A stretch of 63,879 bases of DNA from Chiloscyllium plagiosum. Lineage: Eukaryota. Shown in pieces: positions 36,245 through 48,338 of the stretch. Each line of letters starts with the position of its first letter. Position 1 is the first letter of the stretch. A program made the translations under genes and the position numbers. The stretch lies in the NCBI RefSeq assembly GCF_004010195.1, contig NC_057754.1, positions 330,918 to 394,796 of the forward strand, in the 5' to 3' direction. The notes beneath the pieces were generated by a model. The model worked only from the letters and a program-made list of their open reading frames with translations. It searched no databases and had not been told where the DNA came from.

Positions 36245-36600
36245 CAATGGGACTAACCCCCTTACCCTGAAACCAACCCAAGATCCAGAACTAACCTACT
36301 TCTCCCATCCCCAGGATCTAGTCCAGCACGGACATCCTTCTCACCTGGACTGACTACCCCATATATTCCAGTATCCTGAACTAACCTTCCTCTCCTTGAT
36401 CAGGGTGAGGTCAGAATCCGTCTGTCTCTCATTCTGGCTCCAGGACTGACCTCCCTCTCCAATCCTGGGGTCCAGGATCCACTCTGTTCTCCCATCCTCG
36501 GGTTCAGAACTGATCCTCTCCTCACCTCTTGGGATCCAGGACTGATCCCTACATGCCCATTCCCAAAATTCAAGGTGATCTTGGTTAATCCTCTCAGGGT
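36245..36600. repeat. Degenerate ~29-bp tandem repeat (ccaggactgacctccctctcc-like)
   Basis: Recurring agaactaacc/ggactgacc..ctctcc..cc units. Confidence 0.55.
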
Positions 36601-36761
36601 GAATAGAAGTAAGCAGACCACTGCTTTGTAGTGTTACAGATTCGGGAGGTTGGATCTCCCATATGTTAACAAAGCATCAAAAAGTTAAAACCTTATTTTT
36701 CCTTTTAAAAACTAAAGCTTTGAAATTAGTGAACAAAAAAAGCCTTAAAACGCCATTCTGT

Positions 36762-36950
36762 TGTTGGTGATTGTAGCTACGATGCTTGCAGTCCTGGTTT
36801 TCACTGATTGCAGTTATAATGCTCTTCAAGTTAGTTGATCTCATCTACAATGTTTATGACTTCACTGGTTGTTGGTACGAGGCTTGCAGTCTTTGTTGAT
36901 TGTAGCTGCGATGCTCAAGGCCATGGTTGATTGCAGCTACGATGTTCGTG
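36762..36950. repeat. Degenerate ~30-bp tandem repeat just after the RCOR2 stop (tgattgtagctacgatgct)
   Basis: About six imperfect copies. Confidence 0.65.
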
Positions 36951-36964
36951 ATCTTGGGTGGAGC

Positions 36965-37306
36965 TCAGTGTGCAGAAGATGATGGTGATTCAAGCTGGAT
37001 ACCGATGAGGGAGGGGAGGGGCTGCGAGCTAACCGATGACAGGATGGGCCGTGGGTTCGGTCGAGCTCCTGGAGGCAGTGCAACTGCAGGCCGGATCAGT
37101 GGGGGAGGTGGTTGATTGAGTGGAGGCCGGGACAGGAGGAAGCGGCCCTGCTGCAGGGGAGGTGGCTGCCTGTGGAGGGCAGGGGCTGCAGGCAGACTCG
37201 GTCTGAGCAGCGGCGGAGGCTGTGAGAGGGTCGTTGGGGTCACCGGGGTGGCAGCAGGGGTCGGAGCGGGCGGAGCTGGGGCAGCAAGTACGGGCGTCAC
37301 TTGGAC
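36965..37306 (-). CDS. RCOR2: RCOR2 coding exon 12 (proline-rich C-terminus and stop)
   Basis: Acceptor ttccgtag; [10 protein letters not shown]...[40 protein letters not shown]; 342 nt. Confidence 0.93.
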   Translation of the reverse strand, partial: VQVTPVLAAPAPPAPTPAATPVTPTTLSQPPPLLRPSLPAAPALHRQPPPLQQGRFLLSRPPLNQPPPPLIRPAVALPPGARPNPRPILSSVSSQPLPSLIGIQLESPSSSAH

Positions 37307-37547
37307 CTACGGAAAGAGAAGGAGAAGGGGTGGGGAGAAGCAGGGGTTAAAGATCATTGTGAATGGACACAAAACTTGATCCAAATACACAAACCAACAG
37401 AACCTAGCCAGATGATCCCACCCCACACTCCTGCAAACTTAATGCCTCATTTATTCAGAAGAATCCAGTAGCCCAAAGCCCTCTCCACCTCACAGCACAA
37501 CACCTCCACCCCATCCCCCACAACAAGGCAGCATGTAACTCATGTAC

Positions 37548-37792
37548 CTCGGCCTCCTCTTCTTCCTCCTCTTCGCTGCTAGCTAGTGATGGGTTGCAGG
37601 CACCACCATCGTCCAGACCCGACAGACTGCCAGCATTGCCCTGTACCTCCTGCTCTGCCTCCCATTCCTGCAGAATCTCCTCCAGGTTGAAACGGCGGCG
37701 GTAACTGATAAAGAACGTCTTCACCTGGGCCAGCGTCTTGTTCCCGATCACTTCTGCGATGGCCTGGAAATTCCGCCCATATTTACGAATGC
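37548..37792 (-). CDS. RCOR2: RCOR2 coding exon 11 (SANT2)
   Basis: (G)[47 protein letters not shown]...EEAE; ttcag / gtacat; 245 nt. Confidence 0.95.
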
Positions 37793-38073
37793 CTGAACAC
37801 AGAAACATTTTGGGATTTTTTTTCCTTTGGTGTGGAGTTGGGGAATTTCCATCTTCCAACATGCTATCCGAAACAGAGACACAGCGTTCCTTGTACTCCA
37901 AGCCCCCTCCCCATTCTCTGTCACCGAGACAATGAGGTGACTGGTGCCCATGTCCACAGTCGATATAGGGTAACGCATGTTTGAATTTATTCCACCTCCC
38001 TTGCTCCCCATAGCATCTCAACATAGCTTCAATCAATAAGACCTGGATCAGGAAATGACTGGAATTAAGGAGG

Positions 38074-38115
38074 TGAGAGAGAGAGAGAGCGAGAGAGAGA
38101 GAGAGACAGAGACAG
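38074..38115. repeat. (GA)n microsatellite
   Basis: Read directly. Confidence 0.9.
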
Positions 38116-38341
38116 GGTTTAAAACACCAGCATCTTTCTGATCTGACAGGTCAAAACAAGCAGCATCTAGTGCATGAGTGGACTCTGCCTGGTTGAGGAA
38201 AAACTCTACAACCTCAGACTGAATGAGATCACTTTTGCCAAAAAGGAGCTACTCAGGAAATAATATGCTGTCAACCTAATTAAATGAGGGTGGGGAAGCA
38301 TGGCGGTGGAGCCTGCAGTATTCACAAAGATGTGTGGATAC

Positions 38342-38399
38342 CTTGAACAGCCAGGAGCTGCTCCTCGGTCGTCCAGCGTGAGTTGAGCTTCAGATTGGA
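38342..38399 (-). CDS. RCOR2: RCOR2 coding exon 10
   Basis: [19 protein letters not shown](G); ccacag / gtatcc; 58 nt. Confidence 0.95.
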
Positions 38400-38769
38400 C
38401 TGTGGAGACGGAGAATGAGAGAATTACAACACAAAGTATATTGAAAACAAACTATACCAGTACAAGTCATGACATCAGCTCAAAAAATAACCAAAGTCCC
38501 ATTTCTCCAGCGGACTGTCAGAAACACGAGAAACCCCAAAACATATTACAATCGATGAAAGACTTTGTGAAATGTAGTCACTGTTGTATTGGAGGAAACC
38601 AGTTTTGCACACAGAAAGATCCTACACATAAATAATAAAACTACCGTTTTTTTGTGGTGTTGGTTGAGAGAAAAATTGGTCCCAGGACACTGGGAGAACT
38701 CTAAGCTGTTCTTTCAGACAGCAGCCATGGAAAATTTTAAACAAGAACCAGAAAGGGTAGGACAGGTAA

Positions 38770-39062
38770 CAGTGCAGCGTTCCCTCAATACTGACCTTCT
38801 GATAATGCAGCACTCCTCACCCCTGACCCTCTGACAGTATAGCACTCCCTCAGCAGTGACCCTCCAACAATGCAGAACTCCCTCATTACTGACTCTCCGA
38901 CAGTGCAACACTCCCTCAGCGCTGACCCTCTGAAAGAGTGGCATTCCCTCAGCGCTGACTCTCCAACAGTGCAGCACTCTCTCAGCACCGACTCTCCGGT
39001 AGGGTGGCATTCCCTCAGCAATGACCATCTGACAGGGAGACGTTCCCTCAGCACTGACCCTC
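38770..39062. repeat. 33-bp minisatellite (cagtgcagcactccctcagcgctgaccctctga) next to a SacSINE1-like remnant (38520-38700)
   Basis: About 9 imperfect copies; same family in opposite orientation at 55510-55670. Confidence 0.85.
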
Positions 39063-39402
39063 TTCAACTGGGATGTCACCTTGTATTAGAAGGCCACTTG
39101 TGGAGATTAGAAATCTAACACAACCAGATGGGCCAAATGGGCTTTTTTCTGCTTCAGCTTTTTTTGATTGTATAAGATTCTGCAAACATTCTTGCTATTC
39201 AAGAAGCAGTTGAAATTAGTGTTCCAAGAGCCAATATTCCTTCATCAAACCAATATCACAAAATTTGTGTGACTCAGCTCAGACAGAAACAATCTCCAAA
39301 ATATCTGAACACCACCAACACATTATCACTGTAATAAGGCAGGCATTGGATGGTAAAGGCAATGCACCAATGAAGAGAGGGTTAGCCATATAACACTCAT
39401 AC

Positions 39403-39480
39403 CTCTGGTGGTCGCAGTTTGTCGATCCCCCCATCCAGTGTTTGCTTTAATGAGCTGTTTATCTGTTTTATTGTCTGAAC
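39403..39480 (-). CDS. RCOR2: RCOR2 coding exon 9 (LSD1-binding linker)
   Basis: [26 protein letters not shown]; tcacag / gtatga; 78 nt. Confidence 0.95.
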
Positions 39481-40136
39481 CTGTGATATAGGAGGGAGAC
39501 AAAAACACTTACATCTTCAGCAATAATTCATGAACTGCTTCTTTCCCTAAACCGTCCCAATCATCCAGGTCCTGCCGTATCACCCAATCTCTTCGTCCAT
39601 TGAAATTCATAAAATTTCATCCTTTACCCATCAAGTACTCCCAGGACAGGCACAGTATAGGGTTGGATACAGAGTAAAGTTCCCTCTACACTGTATCCAA
39701 CAAACACTCCCAGAACTATGATTCTATGATAGGGACAGCACAGGATGAGATACAAACTAAAGTTCCTTCTATATTTGGCTCAACAAATATGCCCAAGGCA
39801 GGTCCAACCAGGCATTTAATAAGGTAATGCTCTCTTGACCATTACCAGCAAGATCTTTTTAATTTTGCCTCTCTGCCATCTTGTAACTGGAATTATTAAA
39901 TTATGCATCATTCTTGCTTTAGTTTCAAAGGATAGAGTGTTGGCAGCTAGACAGTTCTCAAACTCAATTCAACATTGGATTTTAAAACATCAAATTCTTT
40001 CTGTTTTTTGGGTGTATTTGACTTCAGAAGTGGAAGGTCAGGATTTAGATCACCGCTGGCCTAGTTAGCATAATGTGCCATCACTTCATCCCACTCCCTC
40101 CCCAAACTGCAGACTTCACACTTCCCCGTATGTCAC

Positions 40137-40355
40137 CTGGCGCTTGATGGAGATGAGCTGTGATTCCAACTGTCGGAGAGAGATGGTGGCAGCATTGGGG
40201 TTAGCAGAGACTCCAGCAACTTCATCTTGGCTGAGGTACATGTCCTTAGGTGGCCGTCTCTTTGAGCGTGGTGGATGATGGCGATACTGGATGCTCTGAG
40301 ACTCTCTCTTCACCGTCACTGATTTGCCACTTGTGGGTTTCTGCTCCCCAGAGCG
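40137..40355 (-). CDS. RCOR2: RCOR2 coding exon 8
   Basis: [42 protein letters not shown]...[14 protein letters not shown]; ccatag / gtgaca; 219 nt. Confidence 0.93.
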
Positions 40356-40759
40356 CTATGGGGACAGGAAGAGGAAGAATCACATGCAATATTTAAAATA
40401 AGCTGTGTTCTGCATTGGTCAGTGTTTTACATGTTATTGCAATAACTTTCGCTTTTAATTAACCTATGGTATTACTACCCTGCTTTGCAGGCTGGAAACA
40501 GTTGTGAGCATCTTGAACTGTTGCAATCATTATGTTCTTCTTTATAGACATTTCCAAAACCCCTTCACATTGCATTACTCTTGTTTCATATCCCTACCCC
40601 CATTCAACAAAATATCTAAATGCTCAGAAACTAGGAACAAAAGAGAAGCAGAAATATGAGAGAGATAGTGGACAGGTACAAGATGAATTGAATCTTTATC
40701 TTGAGGTCTTTATCATGAAGACTTGTCAAAGTTGCTTTTAAGTGTTGCTGAAAAACATC

Positions 40760-41185
40760 AGATGTGATTGCACAATTGGACTGCATTTGCTAAATAAACC
40801 AGAGTGTGGTAAGAATTACACTTCTGCATACTATAACCAATAAACATTAACAGAGCCTTTCTTTGCAAACACAAAGAATACATATTGCAACTGTTCAAAC
40901 TCAACAAACTAGGTGATAGCCACATTCTGGTGCATTTCTCAAGTCAATGTCTTGACTAACCAGAATCAACCTGCTAGTTTAACTTTTAAACAAAACATGG
41001 ATGTTAACCACCAGTTATCATCTATCTGATGCATGGTCCATGGATACATCTGTTCCAGAGTGCAACCAATCAGCACTCTCCTCTGATACAGTACAAATGT
41101 CGATTTACCTTTCGTACTTTTTGTGAATTGTCCAAATGAAAGCGAGAGCTTTGAGAAAATGTATCTTTATCCAGCAACACTCACA
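40760..41185 (+). mobile_element. Possible old Penelope-like 3' remnant (third family)
   Basis: Translates CDCTIGLHLLNKPECGKNYT (resembles the PLE endonuclease tail SAIGxHL), followed by CCAAT-containing LTR-like sequence. Confidence 0.4.
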
Positions 41186-41323
41186 TTCTGTCCAAGTGAC
41201 CAGTATATGTTTGTTATTTTTCTTTTCTGGTTTGTTTTTCCTGCCCTCTCTTGTTCACTTTTCAGTTTGTTTTCAGACAGCAGTTATTCAGGGACCTGCA
41301 TTGACACTTGCTGTAGACATTAA

Positions 41324-41646
41324 GGGGCGGCATGGTGGCTCAGTGGTTAGCACTGCTGCCTCATAGCACCAGGGTCCCAGGTTCAACCCCACCCTCGGGT
41401 GACTGTCTGTGTGGAGTTTGCACATTCTTGCCGTGTCTGCATGGGTTTCCTCCAAGTGCTCCGGTTTCCTCCCAGTGCTCCGGTTTCCTCCCACAGTTCA
41501 AAGATGTGTAGGTCAGGTGAATTGGCCATAGTGTTAGGTGCATTAGTTAGAAGGAAACGGGTCTGGGTGGGTTACTCTTCGGAGGGTCGGTGTGGGCTAG
41601 TTGGGTTGAAGGGCCTGTTTTCGCACTGTAGGGAATCTAATCTAAT
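41324..41646 (+). mobile_element. HE1-type SINE, full length, with internal 18-bp duplication
   Basis: A/B boxes, (taatc) tail, flanking cattaag repeat at 41318-41324 and 41647-41653. Confidence 0.9.
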
Positions 41647-41740
41647 CATTAAGTCTGTTATCATACAACATGTAATCTTTTGTCATTTAGTCTCTCCTGC
41701 CACCAATACATGCCCACCAAACCGATCACAGAGCTCACCT

Positions 41741-42216
41741 TACATAGAACATAGAAGAATACAGCGCAGTACAGGCCCTTCGGCTCTCGATGTTGCGCCG
41801 ATCCAAGCCCACCTAACCTACACTAGCCCACTATCCTCCATATGCCTATCCAATGCCCGCTTAAATGCCCATAATGAGGGAGAGTCCACCACTGTACTGG
41901 CAGGGCATTCCATGAACTCACGACTCGCTGAGTAAAGAACCTACCCCTAACATCTGTCCTATACCTACCCCCCCTTAATTTAAAGCTATGCCCCCTTGTA
42001 ATAGCTGACTCCATACGTGGAAAAATATTCTCACTGTCGACCCTATCTAAACCCCTAATCATCTTGTACACCTCTATCAAGTCACCCCTAAACCTTCTTT
42101 TCTCCAATGAAAACAACCCCAAGTGCCTCAGCCTTTCCTCATACGATCTTCCTACCATACCAGGCAACATCCTGGTAAACCTCCTCTGCACCCGTTCCAG
42201 TGCCTCCACATCCTTC
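41741..42216 (-). mobile_element. CR1/HER1-type LINE 3' end, young subfamily
   Basis: ORF 41823-42209 EALERVQRRFTRMLPG...SWNALP; near-identical to 1-439. Confidence 0.92.
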
Positions 42217-42596
42217 TGTTTCCCAACTTCAACACCACTTTTCAGTTATTAAATTTCTAACTGATCATGTGTCGGTGCAGAAGTCTTTGTTCTGAGATAC
42301 TGACTTGAAACATGCTTTTTGACCCGCTAAGTGCTCCCAGCATTTTCTCTTTCTATTTAAGATCTGCAGCATCCTGAGCATTCTGCTTTTGTACTGTTGA
42401 TAAAAAGCTCTACTTTGACCTCCATCTGCAGTAACAGAGTTCAGATCTGGCCTCTCAGGTAGAAGATATTGGCCCTGGAGGGAGTGCAGCACAGATTCAC
42501 TAGAAGGTATTAATAGGTAAAATTCTGAGGACACAAACACTGACTCCTGCATTCCCTCAAGTAAAGAAGATTAAGGCATGATCTCAATGAGCTGTT

Positions 42597-42960
42597 TCTT
42601 TCATGGAATGTGGGGGTCGCTGGTAAGGATGCTCATCTCCAATTACCTCTAGAACTCTGTGCTTTGTTGGGACATTTCACACAGTTAAGAGTCAACACTT
42701 ATGGGTCTGGAGTCACATGTAAGCCAGACTGGATAAGGACAGAATTCCTTCCCTAAGGGACATGAGTGAAGCAGATTTTTATTTGAACAACAATTCAGTA
42801 TAGTTCCACCAGTACTAGTTTCATGGTCACTCTTACTAAGACTAGCTTTCAATTCCAGACTAACTGAATTTCAATTTCACCACCTGCCATGATGGGTCTT
42901 CACTCTCTGCCCTAATAATTAGCTGGGCTTCTGGATCCAGTGACAATATCACTGTAACAC
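42597..42960 (-). mobile_element. tRNA-headed SINE (second family), near full length, inserted in a CR1 remnant
   Basis: Reverse complement starts gtgttacagtgatattgtcactgga; ends cagcgacccccacattccatgaaagaaa. Confidence 0.7.
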
Positions 42961-43514
42961 GATTTGTTTCTGTTTAAGACAATTAAAATTTTTAACCAGG
43001 CACAGAGAAGATATTTGCTGTGATTCAGAACAAGGGGACAGAAACTTTAAATCTGAGCCATGGTGATCGTGGGGTGATATCAGAAAGCACTTCTTCAAAC
43101 GTCTGGAACACTTACCCCTGAAAATTGTTACTGCTGGGGGTCAATCAAAAGTTTCAAAGTTGTGGCAGGCTGATTTTTATTGGTTATGGGATTAAAGGAT
43201 ATACAACAAAAACAGTCAGCAGTTTTGATAGTAGAGGTTTAAATGGCAGAATAGCCTCCTCCTGCTCCAAAGCCAAGACCATACTCTAAGGTCAAATGGA
43301 ACAGCCACTTAGGAAAATTACTGAATAAGATGAACTTTAGCTAGGAATCCTGAGAATAATTCTGCATAACGTAGCACATTAATTTGGAACAAATCCAACA
43401 ACTGAACAATGAGTTAAGCCATCCAATTGAGAACACTGGACAATCTGAACACAAAGAGTACAATTTGTTGTCAATGGCTACCCTGTACAGAGTGTGAAAA
43501 AGAACAAAACTTAC

Positions 43515-43587
43515 CTCCCTCTTAACATCAGGTTCATAATCACTGTCGTCTGCAATCTGCACTGTCACTTCTTCTGCCTCATCATTA
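43515..43587 (-). CDS. RCOR2: RCOR2 coding exon 7
   Basis: (S)NDEAEEVTVQIADDSDYEPDVKRE; ttgtag / gtaagt; 73 nt, restores frame between exons 6 and 8. Confidence 0.88.
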
Positions 43588-44050
43588 CTACAACACAGAA
43601 GAGAAACAAGTAAAATGAAAAACAGGAGATAAAGCAGAGACTGAAATAACTTCCAGCGCTTGGCTGATTTTCAGAAACAAGGGGTTCTTTATTCTTAGTT
43701 TGAAATTCATGAATGGAGCCACATGTCCTGCTTGCCCAGAAGTGTTTTTATTTATAGAGCTCAGCTAGTGAAAGGAGGGGTTTAACTGAATCACAGATAC
43801 TGAAGGTCTCCAGCTTGTTTCCTCGGTCAGTGGCTAAGAAAACTTTACGTTGGAAAGCATACCCATCTGAAGGTAGCACCAGGCTGGATTGCCAATAAGA
43901 TGCCTTTGGTAGGTAATAGATACTTGACAACACTGGGTGAGAAACTGTCATCATTTCCAAAGGTTGTCCACATAGTACCTTGGACATTATAGTTTTAGCA
44001 GGGGCTGGGTGTGTGGTGGTAGTGGTGGTACGCAAGAACAATTCACAAAC

Positions 44051-44175
44051 CTGTCTTCCCGCTCCTTCTTGTGTACCAGCTTGCGAGCTTGCCGATCCAT
44101 CACACTTGTTCGAGTCCGGGTCTTCTTCCAGGAGTAGTAATATTTTACCAGGCTGGAGATAAGTTTGTCTGGTAA
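44051..44175 (-). CDS. RCOR2: RCOR2 coding exon 6
   Basis: [41 protein letters not shown](S); ttttag / gtttgt; 125 nt. Confidence 0.96.
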
Positions 44176-44389
44176 CTAAAAGAAAGGCAGGATATCACTG
44201 CATTATTCACCAGAAACCACCATCAAATTCTGCCATATCATCAGCCTTGCTGTCCTATGCTTCCAATAATTATAAACAAAAAAATACATGCATTACTCCA
44301 GCGCCTTTTGCTATCTCAGGACATCTCAAATCGTTTCACACCCAATGAAGCACATTCTTCTCATACACACTCATCAGTATCATATTTTT

Positions 44390-46005
44390 TACTCATGTAA
44401 GATGTGGACTTTGCTAACTAGGCAAGCATTTATTACCCATCCTAATGCCCCTGGAGATAAGGGTGTCTTAAACTGTGGCAGTTTTGTGTATTTTAAGTAG
44501 ATTCACAAAGCTAGTCAACAGAATCAACATGGAAGATGGTGGATGGAGCACCATGCAAATAGGCTGCTTTATCCTGGATGGTGTGAAGCTTTTACACATC
44601 CAGTTAGGCAAGTGGTGAATAATCTGTTTCATTTCTGACATGTGTCTTGTAAACAGTGGACAAGCATTAGGGAGTCAGAAGGGAGATTATTCATTGCAGA
44701 ATTCTCAGCTTCTGACATGGTAGCCACAGTATTTATGCAGTGAATCCAGTTCAGTTTCTAGACAATGTTATGTTTACATCAGGGATTCAACAATGATAAA
44801 GCAGTAAATGTATGACATAATTATTAGATTCTCTGTCATTAGAGATGGTCATTGCCTGGCACTTGCATGGAGCAAATGTTACTTCCTACTTGTCGGGAAT
44901 CATAGCCTTTGCCGTATCCAGCAGAATCTGCTGTTTTTAATATCATGTGGAGTGAACTGCATTGTCTGAGATGCTTGGGACTTCAGGGGAGGCCAAGATG
45001 GATCATTCATTTGGCTCTTCAGGCTGAAGATCGATGCAAATGCTTCAACCTCACCTTTTGTATGGATGTGCTCACCATCACCAACTATGGGATATTTATG
45101 GAGCATCCTCCTCCTGTATCATTTAGTCATCCATCTCTACTAAAGACTGAATGTGGAAGGACTTCAGAATTTAAATGTGATCCATTGTTTGTGGGATCAC
45201 ATAGGCTTATCTATTCTAAGCTACTTACACTGTTTGGCATGCAAGTAGACTGATGTTGTAACTTCACCAACGGACACCTCATTTTTAGGTATGCCTGATG
45301 CTGCTGCTGACATGCCTTCCTGCACTCTACATTGAACAAGATTTTATCCCTTGGTTTAGTGATAATGGCAGGGTGCAAGGATATTCCAGGTCATGGGATC
45401 ACAGATTGTGGGCAATGACAATTCTGCTGCTGTTGGTGGCCCACAGATGCCCAGTCTTGAGTCATATATCTATGTGAAATCTCTGATGATGGTGGTGTCT
45501 CTAAGATATGATTCTGTGACAAGGATATTGCTTGATTCGTCCATTATGTTGCTCTCCTGGTTTTGGCACAAGGCCCCAGATGTTGCTAAGTAGGATTTTA
45601 CAGGATTGACAGGCCTGTTCATGAAACTGTCGAATCTGGTGCTCTGATTGATGCTGGGTGGCTCATCTGGTTTTGTTTCTTGTATATACTAATTTCAAAG
45701 TCTGATAAAACTAAGTGGCTTGTTAAATCATTACAAAGGACATTTTGGAGTTAACCACATTGCTGTGTGTCCACAGTAATCTGCAGCCAAGACCAGGTGC
45801 AGATATCCTTCCCCAAAATGACATTCAAGAACCAGACAGCATTTTACAATAAACCAACAGTGGTTACACTGTCACCAATACACTTTCCATTCCAGAGTTA
45901 TTAATTGAAATCAAATATTTTCTGTGGTGGGATTCAGCCCCAGAGCTTTTAGCATGGATCTCTGGATTACTAGGCCAGTGACAATGTCACTACTTCATTA
46001 CCTAT
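44390..46005 (-). mobile_element. Degenerate, internally deleted LINE carrying the same 5' head and 3' tail as the SINE at 42597-42960
   Basis: ORF remnant PIVGDGEHIHTKGEVEAFASIFSLKSQMNDPSWPP; head 45700-46005, tail 44390-44460. Confidence 0.6.
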
Positions 46006-46381
46006 CACTTAGGAAAGGCAGCAGTTTACTCATAACAAGGTTCCACAACAGCACTGTGGTAATGACCTGTTCGTCAATTTTAGGTGTTGGCTGAGGAACA
46101 GTTAACTGACTCAGGCTCAACTTTCACAGTGATCACATTTGGTATTCGCCCCATCAGAAGTCTGTCTGAATAAATCAACACTCAGTTCAACGCCTGAGTG
46201 GGCTGGGAAATGAGCAGTCCAGCCTAGATACAGTCCTATCATGTTCCTGTTCTAACTATATCTATTGGAATGATCCTGATCCACATCACATCAGTGGGAG
46301 GAAATGTAAATTTATCGTCATGCAACATCCACTGCCTGATTGGGTAGAACAGCAATCAGGATCCATCATGACAGCGCTCAC

Positions 46382-46543
46382 CATTTGTTGGATGCGCTGG
46401 AAGCTCTTCCCATGGAAACTAAAGGCCTGTTCAAATAGCACTTTATCTTCTACAGTCCACTCATCCGGGAAAGGAGTGAAATTGGCCAAGTCAGCGAGAG
46501 ATTTATCAACATCATGCTTGTGCCATAAGAGCATCCCCAGTGC
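46382..46543 (-). CDS. RCOR2: RCOR2 coding exon 5 (ELM2 end and SANT1)
   Basis: [54 protein letters not shown]; acccag / gtgagc; 162 nt. Confidence 0.97.
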
Positions 46544-46689
46544 CTGGGTGGAGAAAGAGAAGGGTGAGATGGGCAGAAAGTGTACAGTGATGCATCTTGT
46601 GAGGACTACCAAGGCAATACAGCACATGATGAATGGTAGATACAAAGGATCAGAGGAACCTTGATGCGCATGTCCATAGATCATGTGGA

Positions 46690-47270
46690 ATAAGTGGTTA
46701 AGTTAGTGTATGGGATACTTGTCCAAGGCAGAACACAAGAGCTATGAGGTTAGTCAGGCCAGAGCTAATGTACAGTCTCTTCACCACACTATAGGAAGGA
46801 TATGATTGGACTAGAAAGGGTGCAGGTTAGATTCACCAGGATGCTGCCTAGGCTGGAGATTTTCAGCTATGAAAATGAACAATATAGGGAGGTGCTGTTT
46901 GCCTTGGAGCAGAGAAAGCTAAAGAGGCTATGATTGAAGTTGAAAGTAATATAAAGGAATAGGTATACACTTTTCAACTTAGTACAAGGGGCAATTATCC
47001 AGGGGCCAAAGATGTGTGATAAGGGGCATACAGTTGAGAGGGTATTTTAAGAAGAAGTTTTTTCATCCAAAGAACGGTGGGTGTCTGGAATTCACTGAAA
47101 GATGGTAGATGCAGGAATCATCACAACATTTAAGTAATATTTAAATGAACACTCAAAATGCCATAGCATACAAGACTATGTGCCAAATGCTGGGAAGGGG
47201 AAATCAGTGTAGGTAGGGGCCTGATGATGTACTAACATGGGCTGAAAGGCCTCTTTTCATGTCATAATAC
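46690..47270 (+). mobile_element. Degenerate CR1-type LINE 3' part
   Basis: ctagaaagggtgcaggttagattcaccaggatgctgccta, gggctgaaaggcct tail. Confidence 0.7.
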
Positions 47271-47623
47271 TTTATGCCTCTATGTGAGCTGGCCAGTGAG
47301 ACAGAGTGCGAGGAAAATGGAGAGTGGGTGTCTGTAGAGGGGACAGAGAAGGAACACACAGAGGGGGGCACAGAGAGGGAGTAGGGTAGAAACAAAGAGG
47401 GAGCCCATGGGTAGTGGGGAGCCCACAGAGAAAGAGAGGGACCCCTCTTGTCGAAGGGGAACAGAGAGGGAACCCACGCGTGGGGGAGCCAGGATAGGAT
47501 TTGAAGAGGAACAGACAGGGAGCCTTGGGGGGGTACAGAGAGGAGGCCTGCAGTGGGGTGCAAACACAAAGGTAACCCACGGGGGGAATCAGACAGGGAA
47601 AATCCGTGAAATCTTCACCATAC

Positions 47624-47676
47624 CTGTTCTATGTTGTACCCATGCTTCTCCTTGGCCATGGCGATATATTCATCGA
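47624..47676 (-). CDS. RCOR2: RCOR2 coding exon 4
   Basis: (L)DEYIAMAKEKHGYNIEQ; tttcag / gtatgg; 53 nt. Confidence 0.96.
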
Positions 47677-47854
47677 CTGAAAGAGAGATGTAGAGTTAGA
47701 AAAGTACACAAAACTGGGTTTGTTCCATCATATCCTGAATTCCAATATCAGTGAAAAAGAAAACTGCCTAAAAGGAAGATTCAGACAACATTCTAATATT
47801 TAGCAGTATCATATCAGAGATAATATTGAAAATTATTCAATTTTGGTCCACCAA

Positions 47855-48059
47855 AATTTGGAGGAGTTGGTGTTGGACCAGGCTGGACAAAGTTAAAAAT
47901 CACACAACACCAGATTATAGTCCAACTGGTTTATATGGAGGCATTAGCTTTCAAAGCACTGCTTCTTCATCAGGTGGTTGTCTCAAGAAGCAGCGGTTTG
48001 AAAGCTGGTGCCTCCAAATAAACCAGTTGAACTATAACCTGGTGTTATATGATTTTTAA
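47855..48059. mobile_element. Fold-back Penelope-like insertion (family B) with two opposed hammerhead motifs
   Basis: Inverted arms; TSD tttggtccaccaa at 47842-47854 and 48060-48072; minus-strand CAC-CUGAUGA-A-GAAGC-AGU-GCUUU-GAAA-GC-UA at ~47943-47976. Confidence 0.8.
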
Positions 48060-48206
48060 TTTGGTCCACCAAGATTAGTTTATTTGCTAGCTATTTCTTT
48101 AATTAGTTCCTTTATTAGTTCTCTTTCTCTGCAAATTTTCTATTGGCTATTTTTCTCTCTCTGTGATTAGCCCGTTTGATTGTATTGTTTTAATCTCTCT
48201 CTGTGT

Positions 48207-48338
48207 CATAGAGTCATAGAGATGTACAGCACGGAAACAGACCCTTCGGTCCAACCCGTCCATGTCGACCAGTTATCCCAACCCAATCTAGTCCCACCTG
48301 CCAGCACCGGGCCCATATCCCTCCAAACCCTTTCTATT
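48207..48338 (-). mobile_element. CR1-type LINE 3' tail only
   Basis: catagagtcatagagatgtacagcacggaaacagacccttcggtccaac. Confidence 0.75.

Larger units (their letters stand above)
32262..36964 (-). other. RCOR2: Putative long RCOR2 3'UTR
   Basis: Lies between the stop codon (36965-36967) and the poly(A) signal at 32280; contains a few repeat remnants at 34.2-35.4 kb. Confidence 0.6.

Noticed and set aside
41125..41160. Hammerhead of a third PLE family
   Set aside because: CUGANGA core absent; too degraded to call
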